Shown one piece after another: positions 1-11,352 of a stretch of 64,000 bases of DNA. The notes under the pieces are model-generated. The model saw only the letters and a list, made by a program, of their open reading frames with translations. It made no database searches and was not told the DNA's origin. Every line of letters begins with the position of its first letter. The stretch's first letter is position 1. The DNA comes from Octopus vulgaris (lineage: Eukaryota). Made by a program: the position numbers and the translations under genes. The DNA lies in contig OX597823.1 of assembly GCA_951406725.2 (NCBI GenBank), positions 79,918,001 through 79,982,000 of the forward strand, read 5' to 3'.

Positions 1-76
1 TCAGAACGTAGCGGCAGACGAAATACGGCTACGTATTTCGCCCAATGCGCTAACGTTTCTGCCAGATCGTCGCCTT
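1..76 (-). mobile_element. SINE family A, 5' head (cut by window edge)
   Basis: Reverse complement matches the head of the full copy at 40377-40610 (AGGCGGCGAGCTGGCAGAAACGTTAGC...GTTCTGA). Confidence 0.85.
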
Positions 77-79
77 ATG

Positions 80-140
<61 letters not shown>

Positions 141-164
141 TTGTGTACGTGCGTGTGACCGTGT

Positions 165-360
165 ATATGTGGCTTTGTCCTTCGCCACCGCTTGGAAACT
201 GGTATTGATGTCCTTACGTCAGCGTAACTTTACGGTTCGGCAAAACAGAACGATAGAACAAATACCAGGCTTTAAAAAAACTAATACAAGCGTCGATTTG
301 TTCGAGTAAACTTCTGCGTGGCGGTGCTCCACCATGGCCGCTGTCTAATGACTGAAATAA
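165..360 (+). mobile_element. SINE family B, diverged 3' half
   Basis: GTAACTTTACGGTTCGGCAAAA...GGCGGTGCTCC...ATGACTGAAA matches the 3' half of 63157-63563. Confidence 0.75.
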
Positions 361-1443
361 GGAAACCATATTCACACGCACAGACACACACACATTATTA
401 TGCAATATTAAGTATTCGAGTGAGTCAGGTACTTAAATGATAGGCACCAGGTTGGGTCAAACTAACTTGTAAAAAAGTACCTCTAGTCGAGTATAATATT
501 AAAAGCACCGAACTATAAAAATTTAGGTTATGTATACCGAAAATTTAACCCGTATGAGTGCTTTAATAGCCTATGGGCTAATCCAAAAGCGTACATTTTA
601 TTGGCCGTACGGTATTTGATGAATTATTTTTGCTTCTATATCTATATTTTCATAATTTATACAATCTCACATATAGCATTTAAGTAATATTATCTCCCAC
701 TCTCGTTATATTCACCATCTCCCGTTATAACCCGTTATAAACCCATAAGTTCTTTCTCCTTCTCTTCTCTTCTCTTTCATTTTAAATAAGCTTATGTTGC
801 ACTCATATTGAATACTCAATTGCCTTAAGTATCCTTTATCTTAATTTCAGTTCTTGCGCCTCTATCCCCATCTCAAATCCTAGTGTAATAAAGATGGCGT
901 AAAATAAAATGAATAGCAAGGAGATACATATAGAATTAACTCAAACATTATCTTACAGGTTGTGATAACGAAGTAGACTGTCTGGCTCTTTAGTCTCTCT
1001 CCCACTCCTAACATGCTCACTAACTGCCCTGGAAGTTATAAATCTTTTGTACGCCCTACTCACTAAGTAACCTCTTAATTGTCATCCTAACATTGCTTGT
1101 TTTTCTCATTCTAAGCCAGCCTTGGGTAGAATAAGCCTTGGTTCGCCCACTGTGGTCATATATTGGTCTTATATTGTTTGAAATGCCATGTATCATCTGC
1201 AGAAAGCAGTGTTTTCGTTTTGATGTAATGTACTCACTAATCTATTAAAAATTTTCGTTGGAAACAGCTGTAATGAAGTGACACTTATCCATCGTGCGTT
1301 ATTTATTTGAATATATAAAGACGGTGCTCCAACACGGCTGCAGTCAAATGACTGAAACGAGTAAAAGAATAAAATAATAACAGAATATATATAAGCAATA
1401 ATAAATCTCTGAGCGTGATATAAGTAGTAGCAGCAAAACATCG

Positions 1444-1577
1444 TGAAGTATATTTGCCACCTAATTGTGGCTGACCCATAGGGGACGATGCTACTGTAGT
1501 TTATAGCCCCGGGGCTATAAACTACAGTAGCATCTTCCCATATGTGTCAGCCACAATTAGGTGGCAAATATACTTCA
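1444..1577. repeat. Spacerless 134-bp palindrome (67-bp arms, 3 mismatches)
   Basis: Arms compared base by base; centre TAGCCCC|GGGGCTA at 1510/1511. Confidence 0.95.
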
Positions 1578-1809
1578 GAATATATATACTCTTTTACACT
1601 TTTACTTGTTTCAGTCATATATAAATCGGTATGAAGATAAAATATTCTCTAATAAAAACTCAAATTCTTTCATATAAAATCAACTAAAGAAGTTAAGCAT
1701 AAAATAAACGCTAACCTAAAGACCGAAATGGAAGTGGATGTACTCCTTCAAAATGGAAATGTACTTACCCCTTCAAAAAACTTATACAAACATCAAGATT
1801 ATGATCATA

Positions 1810-2710
1810 ATTATAGTATTTTGTGGCTAATCACTTCTTTCGGTAAGCAAATAAATTAGAATTTTTCCAAAATTTTCAATAAATCAATAGAATGATATTT
1901 TCCTAAAAACCATAGATATCATAGAATTTTTAAGAAATACAAGATCTGTTTGAAAAAATTATAACGAAAAAATAATATCGAAAATTTAAGAAAGCTATTC
2001 TAATCAGAGTGACAAAGTAAATATTCAGAATGTCAAACTGAATGGAAAAAAAGTAGAGTACAAAAAAGTACTATGAATTTAACAGTTGTGAAGAGGGAAA
2101 CAAACCAGTTTAATCTGATTAATAACGTAGAATAGAATAAAAATTCCGCTAGAAATAGAACAAATGTAACGTTATGTGAAAGAGTAAATAGTAATAAACA
2201 ACTTAGTAAAAACGAATTTGGTTATATCACGAATGATCAAATTAATATGAAATCTGGGAGAAATATGAAAAAAATTATCTCTGCAATTGCAATTTCTCGA
2301 AACAGGACTCCTGCTCTGTTAATAATAAATATAAAACTAAAAATGTAATATATAGATGTAAAGTTGCATTTGAGGGAAATGAATACTTTTACATCAGTGT
2401 AAATGCACTAGTTTTCAAATGAAGACTGGCTAATCACTTAAATTCAGTTAGAATTTAAAAATAAGAAATTCCAAACAAGTTTAAGTAGATTAATCTGGTC
2501 TATTCACGACAGAAACAAAAATTGTATTATAAACTGGGAATTAATTAGTACTGCAAATCCTTACATACCAGGAACTAAAAATGTGACTTATGTATAGAAG
2601 AATTTTACCAAATTTTTACATCAGAGGTTAATATAAATTCTAGACAAGAACAAGCTTTAAAACTCTTGCATATGACAAAACTTTACCTTCGCTAAATGTA
2701 AAATAAACGA
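1810..2710 (+). pseudogene. Decayed Penelope-like element (PLE) ORF: post-RT linker plus GIY-YIG endonuclease
   Basis: Manual translation across stops and frameshifts gives ILWLITSFGKQIN..YFPKNHRYHRIF and KNVIYRCKV..YFYISV..RLANH..SLSRLIWSI..INWELISTANPYIPGTKKCDLCIEE..INSRQE. These match the PLE pattern IWFNPPF..HFPK.H.LHKIF / NVIY..YIG..LSKHIW..KW..A.PY..K.C.LC..E..LN.R.E. Confidence 0.85.
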
Positions 2711-2878
2711 GTTATATATATTTAAACAACGGAATATTTTGGAATAACTGACTATAAGAAATAAACGAGTGATTATCCGATCAATACTTGGAATTGAAAA
2801 TAGCTTGCGTCTAAATTAACAGACAACTCCACTTCATTGAACTTTAACCAGTTATATTTCAAAGGATATTAAAGTGAA

Positions 2879-2962
2879 GACCCCGAAGAAACTGCATCGG
2901 CATTATAGTGAAGTTGAAACGGCAACGTTTACTAACCAATGCAGTCGAAACATATGTAGGTT
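2879..2962 (+). ncRNA. Minimal type I hammerhead ribozyme motif (decayed) at the 3' end of the PLE
   Basis: GACC-CCGAAGA-[AACTGCATCGG..CCAATGCAGTC]-GAAA-CATATG-TA-GGTT. Core has U4->C and the first stem II pair is mismatched. Confidence 0.7.
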
Positions 2963-3027
2963 CATTTGAGGCTGTATTCATGGATAAATATGAATTAAAA
3001 GTAATGCTAATGCTACTTCATCATAAC

Positions 3028-3058
<31 letters not shown>

Positions 3059-3360
3059 GATATAACATACTCCAGGAAACCAATATGGTTAACGATAATA
3101 TATTTGGAGGAATAATTATACGGAATATATCTCTGAATTCTTATCATATAAGAATTATTACTGGGTTTACCTATTTAGAATACCTAACCAGCAAATGTTT
3201 TGTGAAATCTCTTATTAATTACTAATATATATACATGTGTGTGTGAGTGTGCGCGCGTGCACGTGTGTTTTATGTTCTATTATAATAAAAACAATTTTGT
3301 TGTAATCTGTCCGACAATTAGCTGCCCAAAACTTCGAAGTCACTCTCAACAATATTCTTG

Positions 3361-3388
<28 letters not shown>

Positions 3389-3393
<5 letters not shown>

Positions 3394-3543
3394 GATGAGC
3401 TTCCACACAGCTCCCATCTACCAACTTCACTCACATGGTGTCGTACGCCTCGGGGCTATGGCAGATGTCGCATTATGGGACTGAAACTGAACCTGAAATC
3501 ACATTCTTGTAAACCGACCGTCTTAACCATAGAGTCATTCCTA
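3389..3543 (-). mobile_element. SINE family B, old diverged 5' half
   Basis: Degenerate match to TACGACGGGCTTCTTTCAGTTTCCGTCTACCAAATCCACTCAC...ACCACACAGCCACTCCT. Confidence 0.55.
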
Positions 3544-3845
3544 CGTTTATTGGATTGGTATTTATCTTTAGTTATCAGACGTGAAAGAGACAATGTATTG
3601 GACGTCTATGAAACGAAATTACCTACATCAATGCACGCTGACGAGTGCATCATTGACATCCATTCAACTTTTTTAATAAAGAGAAATAATTAAACAGTAT
3701 AAAAAGTAGTATATCAAAATTATGGTGATGGGAGACTGATAGTGTATTAAAGGAGAATGTTAGAGACTTGACATTGGAATGAAGGGAACAGAAAACAACT
3801 GGCGGGTGTGGGCAGACAAATATCAGAAAAAAGTATAGACAGGGT

Positions 3846-3891
3846 GATAGATAGATAGACAGATAGACAGACAAACATATACATAAGATAG

Positions 3892-3942
<51 letters not shown>

Positions 3943-3963
3943 CTAAAATAGACAGACAGACAA

Positions 3964-4048
<85 letters not shown>

Positions 4049-4225
4049 CATACGTACATACATACATACATACATACATACACACACATACAAACATACA
4101 TACATACATATATACATACATACATACATACGTATACATACATACATACATATGTATACATACATACATACATACGTATACATACATACATACATACATA
4201 CACACATACATACATACATACATAC
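3846..4225. repeat. Compound microsatellite (TAGA)n/(TACA)n
   Basis: Direct reading; source of the MYVC/IYLS pseudo-ORFs. Confidence 0.95.
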
Positions 4226-4322
4226 AGTTGAACAAAAACAAAATGACGGACAGAGCGGTGATTAAAAAAAGAACAGATAATTAGGTAAGAAACAGATAGG
4301 TGGAGGAGAGAGAAAGAGACAT

Positions 4323-4355
<33 letters not shown>

Positions 4356-4780
4356 GCAGACACAAAGACAGATAATGAGAAACAGAGAATGGGATAAGAA
4401 GGGCTGGGTAGAACACAGAAAAGGTAGAGGAATAAGGTAGGCGCAAACAGAAGGCACTGATCAGGAGAATAGTAGTTTGTGGGTAATAGTAAGAGTGAAA
4501 GCGGGAGATATATAAGTAGAGAAGAAGTGAAGTGGGCTATGAATGAAACCGGAGCTGTTTACAAGGCTAAGGTCTAATGCGATGACTACAATTTGCTAGC
4601 ATGTTCATTTTTGCTTCACATTCAAGTGCTTTCTACGTCATGCCCCTCACAAATAAGTAAATAAATAAATGTTTGAATTAATGAGTAAATAAATAAATAA
4701 ATAATCAAATACTTGTCACGTGTGATTTGCATGCGTTTTTGTGGCATCACGTACGATTTATATTTCTTTCTGCTACAGAC

Positions 4781-5481
4781 GCAAGGCCCGAGACTTTGCG
4801 GAAGGAGAATAGTCTATGACACTGATCGTAGGGCTTTATTTAACTGGTACAGATTTTATCGACACCGAAAGGCTGAAAGGCAAAGTCGACCCCGGTCAAA
4901 TTTGACAAGTGGTGTTGGTGTGTTGGTGTGTCCCTGTAAGTCGATTAAGTCGATTACATCGACTCCAGTGTTGGCAGAAATGTTAGCACACCGGGCGAAA
5001 TTCTTAGCGGTATTTCGTCTGCCGTAACGTTCTGAGTTCAAATTCCACCGAGGTCAACTTTGCCCTTCATCCTTTCGGGGTCGATTAAATAAGTACCAGT
5101 TACGCACTGGGGTCGATATAATCGACTTAATCCGTTTATCTGTCCTTGTTTGTCCTCTCTGTGTTTAGCCCCTTGTGGGTAGTAAAGAAATAGGTACTTA
5201 ATTTATCAACCCCCGAAAGGATGAAAGGCAAAGTCGACCTCGGCGGAATTTGAACTCAGAACGTAGCGGCAGACGAAATACCTATTTCTTTACAACCCAC
5301 AAGGGGCTAAACACAGAGGGCACAAACAAGGACAGAGACACGGATTAAGTCGATTACATCGACCCTAGTGCATAACTGGTACTTATTTAATCGACCCTGA
5401 AAAGATGAAAGGCAAAGTCGACCTCGGCGGAATTTGAACTCAGAACGTAGCCGCAGACGAAATACCATTAACGATTCTGCC
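4781..5481. mobile_element. SINE family A cluster: minus fragment 4781-4905, plus copy 4971-5196, minus tandem dimer 5192-5481
   Basis: Repeated GCCTTTCATCCTTTCGGGGTCGAT..AAGTACCAG core in both orientations. Confidence 0.9.
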
Positions 5482-5979
5482 TTACATATAATATATATTT
5501 AAAAGAAAATTCGAGATCGCCCAACTGTACTAGAAAAAAAAAACACTACAAAAAAGTACCTACTAATCCTTTGAAGGAGTAAAGCAAACTGACTAAACTG
5601 CGGCGGAATCTCAACGCAAGCGACTCAAGACAAGCTATTTTCATTAAGAAAATACATATTAGAAAATGAAGTCCTATTTAGTTGCATGAAAAGAAAAGAA
5701 AGAAAAAAAAAAAGAAAAGAGAGTCACTGCTAGAACGGTTTTTGATTTTGGGTCTGTTTGACTGAAGTTAATCAAGTGCTAAATGACAATAACAACAACA
5801 ACAACAAAAATGAAACCGACGTAAAAGGGGTCAGTGCATTAAACAATGTCGGTTTGTTTTGTGTTTATTTTGGGTCGTTTTTCTAAATCTTTGATGTTAA
5901 TAATGAAGACTCCGCCTGTGAATTAGATGAAACTATTGAAGAAGACGACATCGACGGCAACAACAGCAAGGAGAGTGGA

Positions 5980-6052
5980 TTCGCAATGGCTCAGTGGTTA
6001 GGGCAGCGGACTCGTGGTTGTAAGAACGCGGTTTCGATTCCCAGACTGGGCA
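5980..6052 (+). mobile_element. SINE family C tRNA-like head only
   Basis: TGGCTCAGTGGTTAGGGCAGCGGACTCG...GGTTTCGATTCCCAGAC carries A- and B-box-like motifs, as in 23242-23532. Confidence 0.75.
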
Positions 6053-6054
6053 TT

Positions 6055-6380
6055 TACTCTTTTACTTGTTTCAGTCATTTGACTGCGGCCATGCTGGAGC
6101 ACCGCCTTTAGTCGAGCAAATCGAACCCAGGACTTATTCTTTGTAAACCTAGTACTTATTCTCTCGGTCTATTTTGCCGAACCGATAAGTTACGAGGACG
6201 TAAACACACCAGCATCGGTTGTCAAGCGATATGGAGGGGGGACAAACACAGACACACAAACACACACACACATACATATATATACATATACATATATACG
6301 ACAGGCCTCTTTCAGTTTCCGTCTACCAAATCCACTCAGTAGGCTTTGGTCGACCCGAGGCTTTAGTAGAAGACTCTTGA
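6055..6380 (-). mobile_element. SINE family B, 5'-truncated
   Basis: High similarity to 7165-7666. Confidence 0.9.
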
Positions 6381-6920
6381 CGTCGATGGTTATTATGAGG
6401 AGGGAGGTGTTAATGATATTGTTGACGATATTTTTGGTGATGATGGTGATGACGACGACGACGATGATGACGATAATGACAACGATGATGACGACGGCAA
6501 CGATGATGATGATGATGGTGATTATGAGGAGGAGGATGTCGATGATATTGCTGACGATATTGTAGATGATGATGATGATGATGATGACGACGGCGACGAC
6601 GATGACGACGACAAGGATGATGACTATGGCGACGATGACTGTTACAAGTGCTGCTGTTGCTGATGTTAATGTTGATTGATGATAACGATGACGATGACAA
6701 TGATGATTCTGATGTTGACGACTATCTCACCATCGTCATCATCATCATTATAACGATGTTGATGTCGGTGGTGCTGGTGGTGATGATGATGACGATCATG
6801 AGGAGGAGGAGGAGGGGGAGGAGGAGGATCATGAGGAGAGGGGATCATGAGGAAGAGGAGGAGGATCATGAGGAGGGGGGGATCATGAGGAAGAGAAGGA
6901 GGAGGAGGATTAGGAGGCGG
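6381..6920. repeat. Degenerate (GAT)n/(GAC)n/(GAG)n trinucleotide tract
   Basis: Direct reading. Confidence 0.9.
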
Positions 6921-7164
6921 GAAATTATTGACGTAAAGGGCCAGCAGAAAATATAAGTCGTTGTTGTATTTTATCGTTATTTTTATTTTAAGTTCTACAT
7001 TTAACCTATTCTCCCTTCTTTTCTCATTTGTCATGATGGAATTGCTGCTATTACAGTTGTCTTTGCTGTTATTGTTGATCTAGCTGTTGTTGTTGTTGTT
7101 GCTCTTGTTGTTGCTGTTGTTGTGATTGTTGTTTAAATTCAAGCCACACCATGCTTTACACCAA

Positions 7165-7402
7165 TACTCTTTTACTCTTTTACTTGTTTCAGTCATTTGA
7201 CTGTGGCCATGCTGGAGCACCGCCTTTAGTCGAGCAAATCGACCCCCAGGACTTGTTCTTTGTAAGCCTAGTACTTATTCTACTGGTTCTCTTTTGCCGA
7301 ACCGCTAAGTTACGGGGACGTAAACACACCAGCTTCAGTTGTCAAGCGATGTTGGGGGGACAAACAGATACACAAACGTATACACACATGCATACATGCA
7401 TA

Positions 7403-7484
<82 letters not shown>

Positions 7485-7666
7485 TATATATATACATGTA
7501 TACGACAGGCTTCTTTAAGTTTCCGTCTACCAAATCCACTCACAGGGCTTTGGTAGGCCCGAGGCGATAGTAGAAGACTCTTGCCCAAGGTGCCACGCAA
7601 TGGGACTGAACCCGGAACCATATGGTTCGTAAGCAAGCTACTTACCACACAGCCACTCCTAAGCCT
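7165..7666 (-). mobile_element. SINE family B, full length, with internal microsatellite
   Basis: tRNA-like head GGAGTGGCTGTGTGGTAAG..GGTTCAGTCCC, CORE-like CCTTGGGCAAG, internal (AT)/(GT) tract and (GTAAAAGA)n tail. Confidence 0.92.
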
Positions 7667-9507
7667 GTGTAACATTTTACATAGCTGAGCTAACTTGTGT
7701 ATATATAATAGCAAGATATAACCGTTTTTTTCCTCATTTTATTTCTACAACCTCTCTCGCTGTCCCTTCTCTCTTTCTCTCCCTCTCTCTTTCACTTTCA
7801 CACACACATACATGTACGTATACATACATATATATATACGCACACGTACACTATTTCTTTCTTTTCCACATTCAAACATTGCTGACCTAGCCATACCACT
7901 TCAGTCTCGTTCTAACTTCTGTCTTCTTTCTCAGTGTCTTTCTCTCTCACACATAAACTTCTCTGAATTTCTCCCAACACCCCAATAAATATTTCATTCC
8001 TTTTCCTTGCTCTACCTTCTCTCTTTCACCCTCTCACTTTCTTTCTCTATCTCTCCCTCTTTCTCATTCCTCTTATTTTCTCACACTCATCACATATATT
8101 TCGTGCTTGGCTTTCCCACACCACTTCGTCTTTAAGCATCTCAATCTTTTTCTTCTTGTCAGCCTCTCTCTCTCTCTCTGTTTCCTTCTTCTTTCCATCT
8201 TCCTTTTCGCCTATTCCCGCGGCGGTAAAATTAAAAAAAGAAAACCAACAACAACAACAACGATAGTAGCAACATCAACAACCACAACAACAACAAAAAC
8301 AAAAACATTGGTTCCTTAGACTCAGCATTGAGGAACAATCAAAGCAAAGCATCTACAGAGTGTTTGCGAGAATAAAACTACAGCAGAATATTTGAAAACG
8401 AGGCTTTTTATGCTTCATGATGATACGGGGAATTTTTCAAGACATCTGCTTTGTTTATTAGAAATATTAGTTGCATGATCTTCATTGGCAATGCAGCTTT
8501 CACCACGGGTATCATGAGTTTGTTTCAACAAGAAAATATTTCCATATCCCACCCAACGTTTGTCGTCTGTATTTCAAGCTAAATTTATGACACAAGAGAA
8601 GACAAAGCCATTACACTTCAGGCGACATCTATCTTCTTACTTACAAAAAGTAATAATACAAATAATAAATAAATAAACGAGTGAAAGCAACGACAAAAAG
8701 GAAAAAAATAATCAAAGATAAAAATAAAGATAAAATTTGTATAGAAGACACATAGGTTATTTTGATAGTACTTTTACGGACATCAGCAGTTTTGCGCAAG
8801 GAAAGGGATACTGTATCAAGCAACAGTAAAATCAAAGATTCACAAAAGTATAACATATTTTGATTGTCACAATTTCGTATAGTATTTACGCCTTTTTTAT
8901 CGTTTGTCAGTCTTGTGAAAGAAAGAATAAAAAACGATAAATTAGATCGAGTAGGATATATTTTTTGTGTGAATTGAAGAGTTGTAGTATTCTGAAAATC
9001 TGAATAAGCACTTCTTTATATATATGTTTTTTTCTTATTCCTATTTTGCTGATCTCATAAGGGACCTCTGTGACATGGTGACACACTTATGTAACAGTTT
9101 ACTCTACATGACTAAGGCATGTGTAGAATTATGAAGCACTAAGGAAATTTATGTGATGTCAAGGATATTATAAATGCCTCGTTTTGAAACATGAATTTAG
9201 AACACTTCAATGTGTTATTTTATTCAGTCATTATAGTAATTTATGAGAGATATGTTTGCGAATGAGTGGCAGATTGAGCGATCACGTGGAGTCCTTGGAG
9301 GGTAAAATACGTAGACAGGGACAGGACAGAACTTCTAAAATATTAGAACTGTAAGCCCAATGGACTTGCTTCTCTCAAATGGCGACTATTTTGAAGAAAA
9401 GCTTACATAAGACAGCGGAAATCTAGTAAGAGTTTTGCGTAAAACTGGAGAACCGAATCAATGGTTTTCTAGAAGTTAAACATACGTAGAAATAAATCTA
9501 CAAAATC

Positions 9508-9622
9508 AAATGAAATGACAAGAAGGTTGCGACTTCAAAGTTTCGCCAGCAGCGGCTCATCAGCTAATTTTACGAATGCTGCCGGTGAATCTCCAAATTC
9601 ATGGTTATCTTGCATTTCATTT
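9508..9622 (-). ncRNA. Hammerhead-like motif (about 9525-9570) inside a degenerate foldback
   Basis: Minus strand reads CTGATGA-GCC-gctgct-GGC-GAAA-CTTTGAAG-TC. Stem I pairing is poor. Flanks form an imperfect inverted repeat. Confidence 0.6.
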
Positions 9623-9919
9623 AAATAAAATATTTAGTAAGGTTCTGTGTCTCTCCTCAGTTAAATGTGCTCGCAAGAGTAATGGCGTGGATAAGTGATC
9701 ATGAGTTTCAGGTTAATGATTGATCTATTATTAATCCTCAAGTACTAGAGTTAATGTATTTTTCACTCAAATTGAACAATGAAATCTTGTCACAAATTGA
9801 ACAATGAAAGATTTGGAATAGCAACAAGTTTATGGGAATTAGTGTTTTGAATTGGGAAGAATCTTTTACGGAAATTTTTTAAATAAATGTCGCAACAGGC
9901 GTGGTCTCAGACATCTACA

Positions 9920-10177
9920 AACCGCTAAGTTACAGGGACGCAAACATACCAATATCGGCTGTCAAGCGATGGTGGGGGACAACATAGACAGGCAGACACA
10001 CACACATATATATACGACAGGCTTCTTTTAGTTTCCGTCTATCAAATCCACTCACAAGGCTTTGGTCGACCCGAGGCTATAGTAGAAGACACTTGCCCAT
10101 GGTGCTACGCAGTGAGACTGAACCTGGAACCATGTGGTTGGTAAGCAAGCTATTTACCACACAAACACTCCTGCGCC
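9920..10177 (-). mobile_element. SINE family B, 3'-truncated
   Basis: Match to 7165-7666 with a short internal microsatellite. Confidence 0.88.
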
Positions 10178-11134
10178 AATATATATATATATATATTGTT
10201 TATACGAGTGTGATTCAGAATGCAATGCAATTTTTATTTGATTTTACGTGCAAACATGAGTTTAAACAATTTCCAATGTTGAGTCTTGGGAAGTTCATAT
10301 TTGTGGGTGTTTTTTATTAGCAAAGTGACCCACCCAAGATACATAAGAAAAATAATACCTGCTCGCATATACACACACACAGAGGGAGACAGTCGATGTT
10401 GTTACAGGGTGTTGCTGTCGGGACTGGATCAAGAAAACGAAATGAGAAATATAGAGACTATCTCAAACCATTCATCTATTCCCTTACATTAGTCAATGGA
10501 ATCTACGGTTTCACAGAATGCGCAACTGGTAGTACTTTCATGAAAAACTTCCAGCGATTTATAATGCCTAAAGATTGACACAGAAGTAATTTAAGAAAAT
10601 AAAGAATACGGGAATTCACTGCATGGAGAATTTCCATATTAATCCGTACACCAATAGTTACAGACATCGGTTGTGGAAGTGCTTATCAGAACGAAGTCAA
10701 AGTTTTCTGAAGTATAGAGTTAATCTGTAGCGTGGTTCTCCAGCAGTAGTTCGCAGATGAAACTGGAAAGAAGTGTTTTCTGTCCAGTTCTGTTTTGTAA
10801 GATGCTGCCTGCTCCTCTCAGAGACTGTCTAACAAGGTGTTAGTTTATGGAACAGAATGGTCTGAAACAAGTGTTTTAGTTCATTTCTTTTTTTTTTATG
10901 ATAGTCCAGAAGCAAGTTTCGACACAATTCCTCAGACGGCAATTTCTAGCGAAATTTATGGCTCTGTTGACGTCCGATTTAATATTGAGAGTTTGCCAGC
11001 ATAGAACAATCATAGAATAGCCTCAGCATTAGCCAAATATAACACAAGGGAGAGGGACAGAATAAGATCATAATTCCTCTTATTTTAGGCACAAGTCCTG
11101 GATTCTGCCAGCTCGTTGCTTTCTGGATGTATGT

Positions 11135-11352
11135 AATAATCCTCTCTACTATAAACACAAAGCCTGAAACCTTGTGAATGGGGGTAATGAATTACATTGA
11201 CCCCAGTATTCAGCTGGTACTTATTTTATCGACCCCGAGAGGATGAAAGGCAAAGTCGACTCCGCGGAATTTGAACTCAGAACTTAAAGATGGACGAAAT
11301 ATCGCTAAGCATTTTGTCTGACATGCTAACAATTCTGCCTACTCGCCGCCTT
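11135..11352 (-). mobile_element. SINE family A (short-tail variant)
   Basis: CTGGTACTTATTTTATCGACCCCGAGAGGATGAAAGGCAAAGTCGAC...CTCGCCGCCTT. Confidence 0.88.

Noticed and set aside
3650-4446. Long ORFs of [12 protein letters not shown] type here and at 21680-22377, 24495-24970, 29618-30216, 41675-42033, 52384-52805 and 61530-62274
   Set aside because: They are translations of stop-free di- and tetranucleotide microsatellites with no coding signal.
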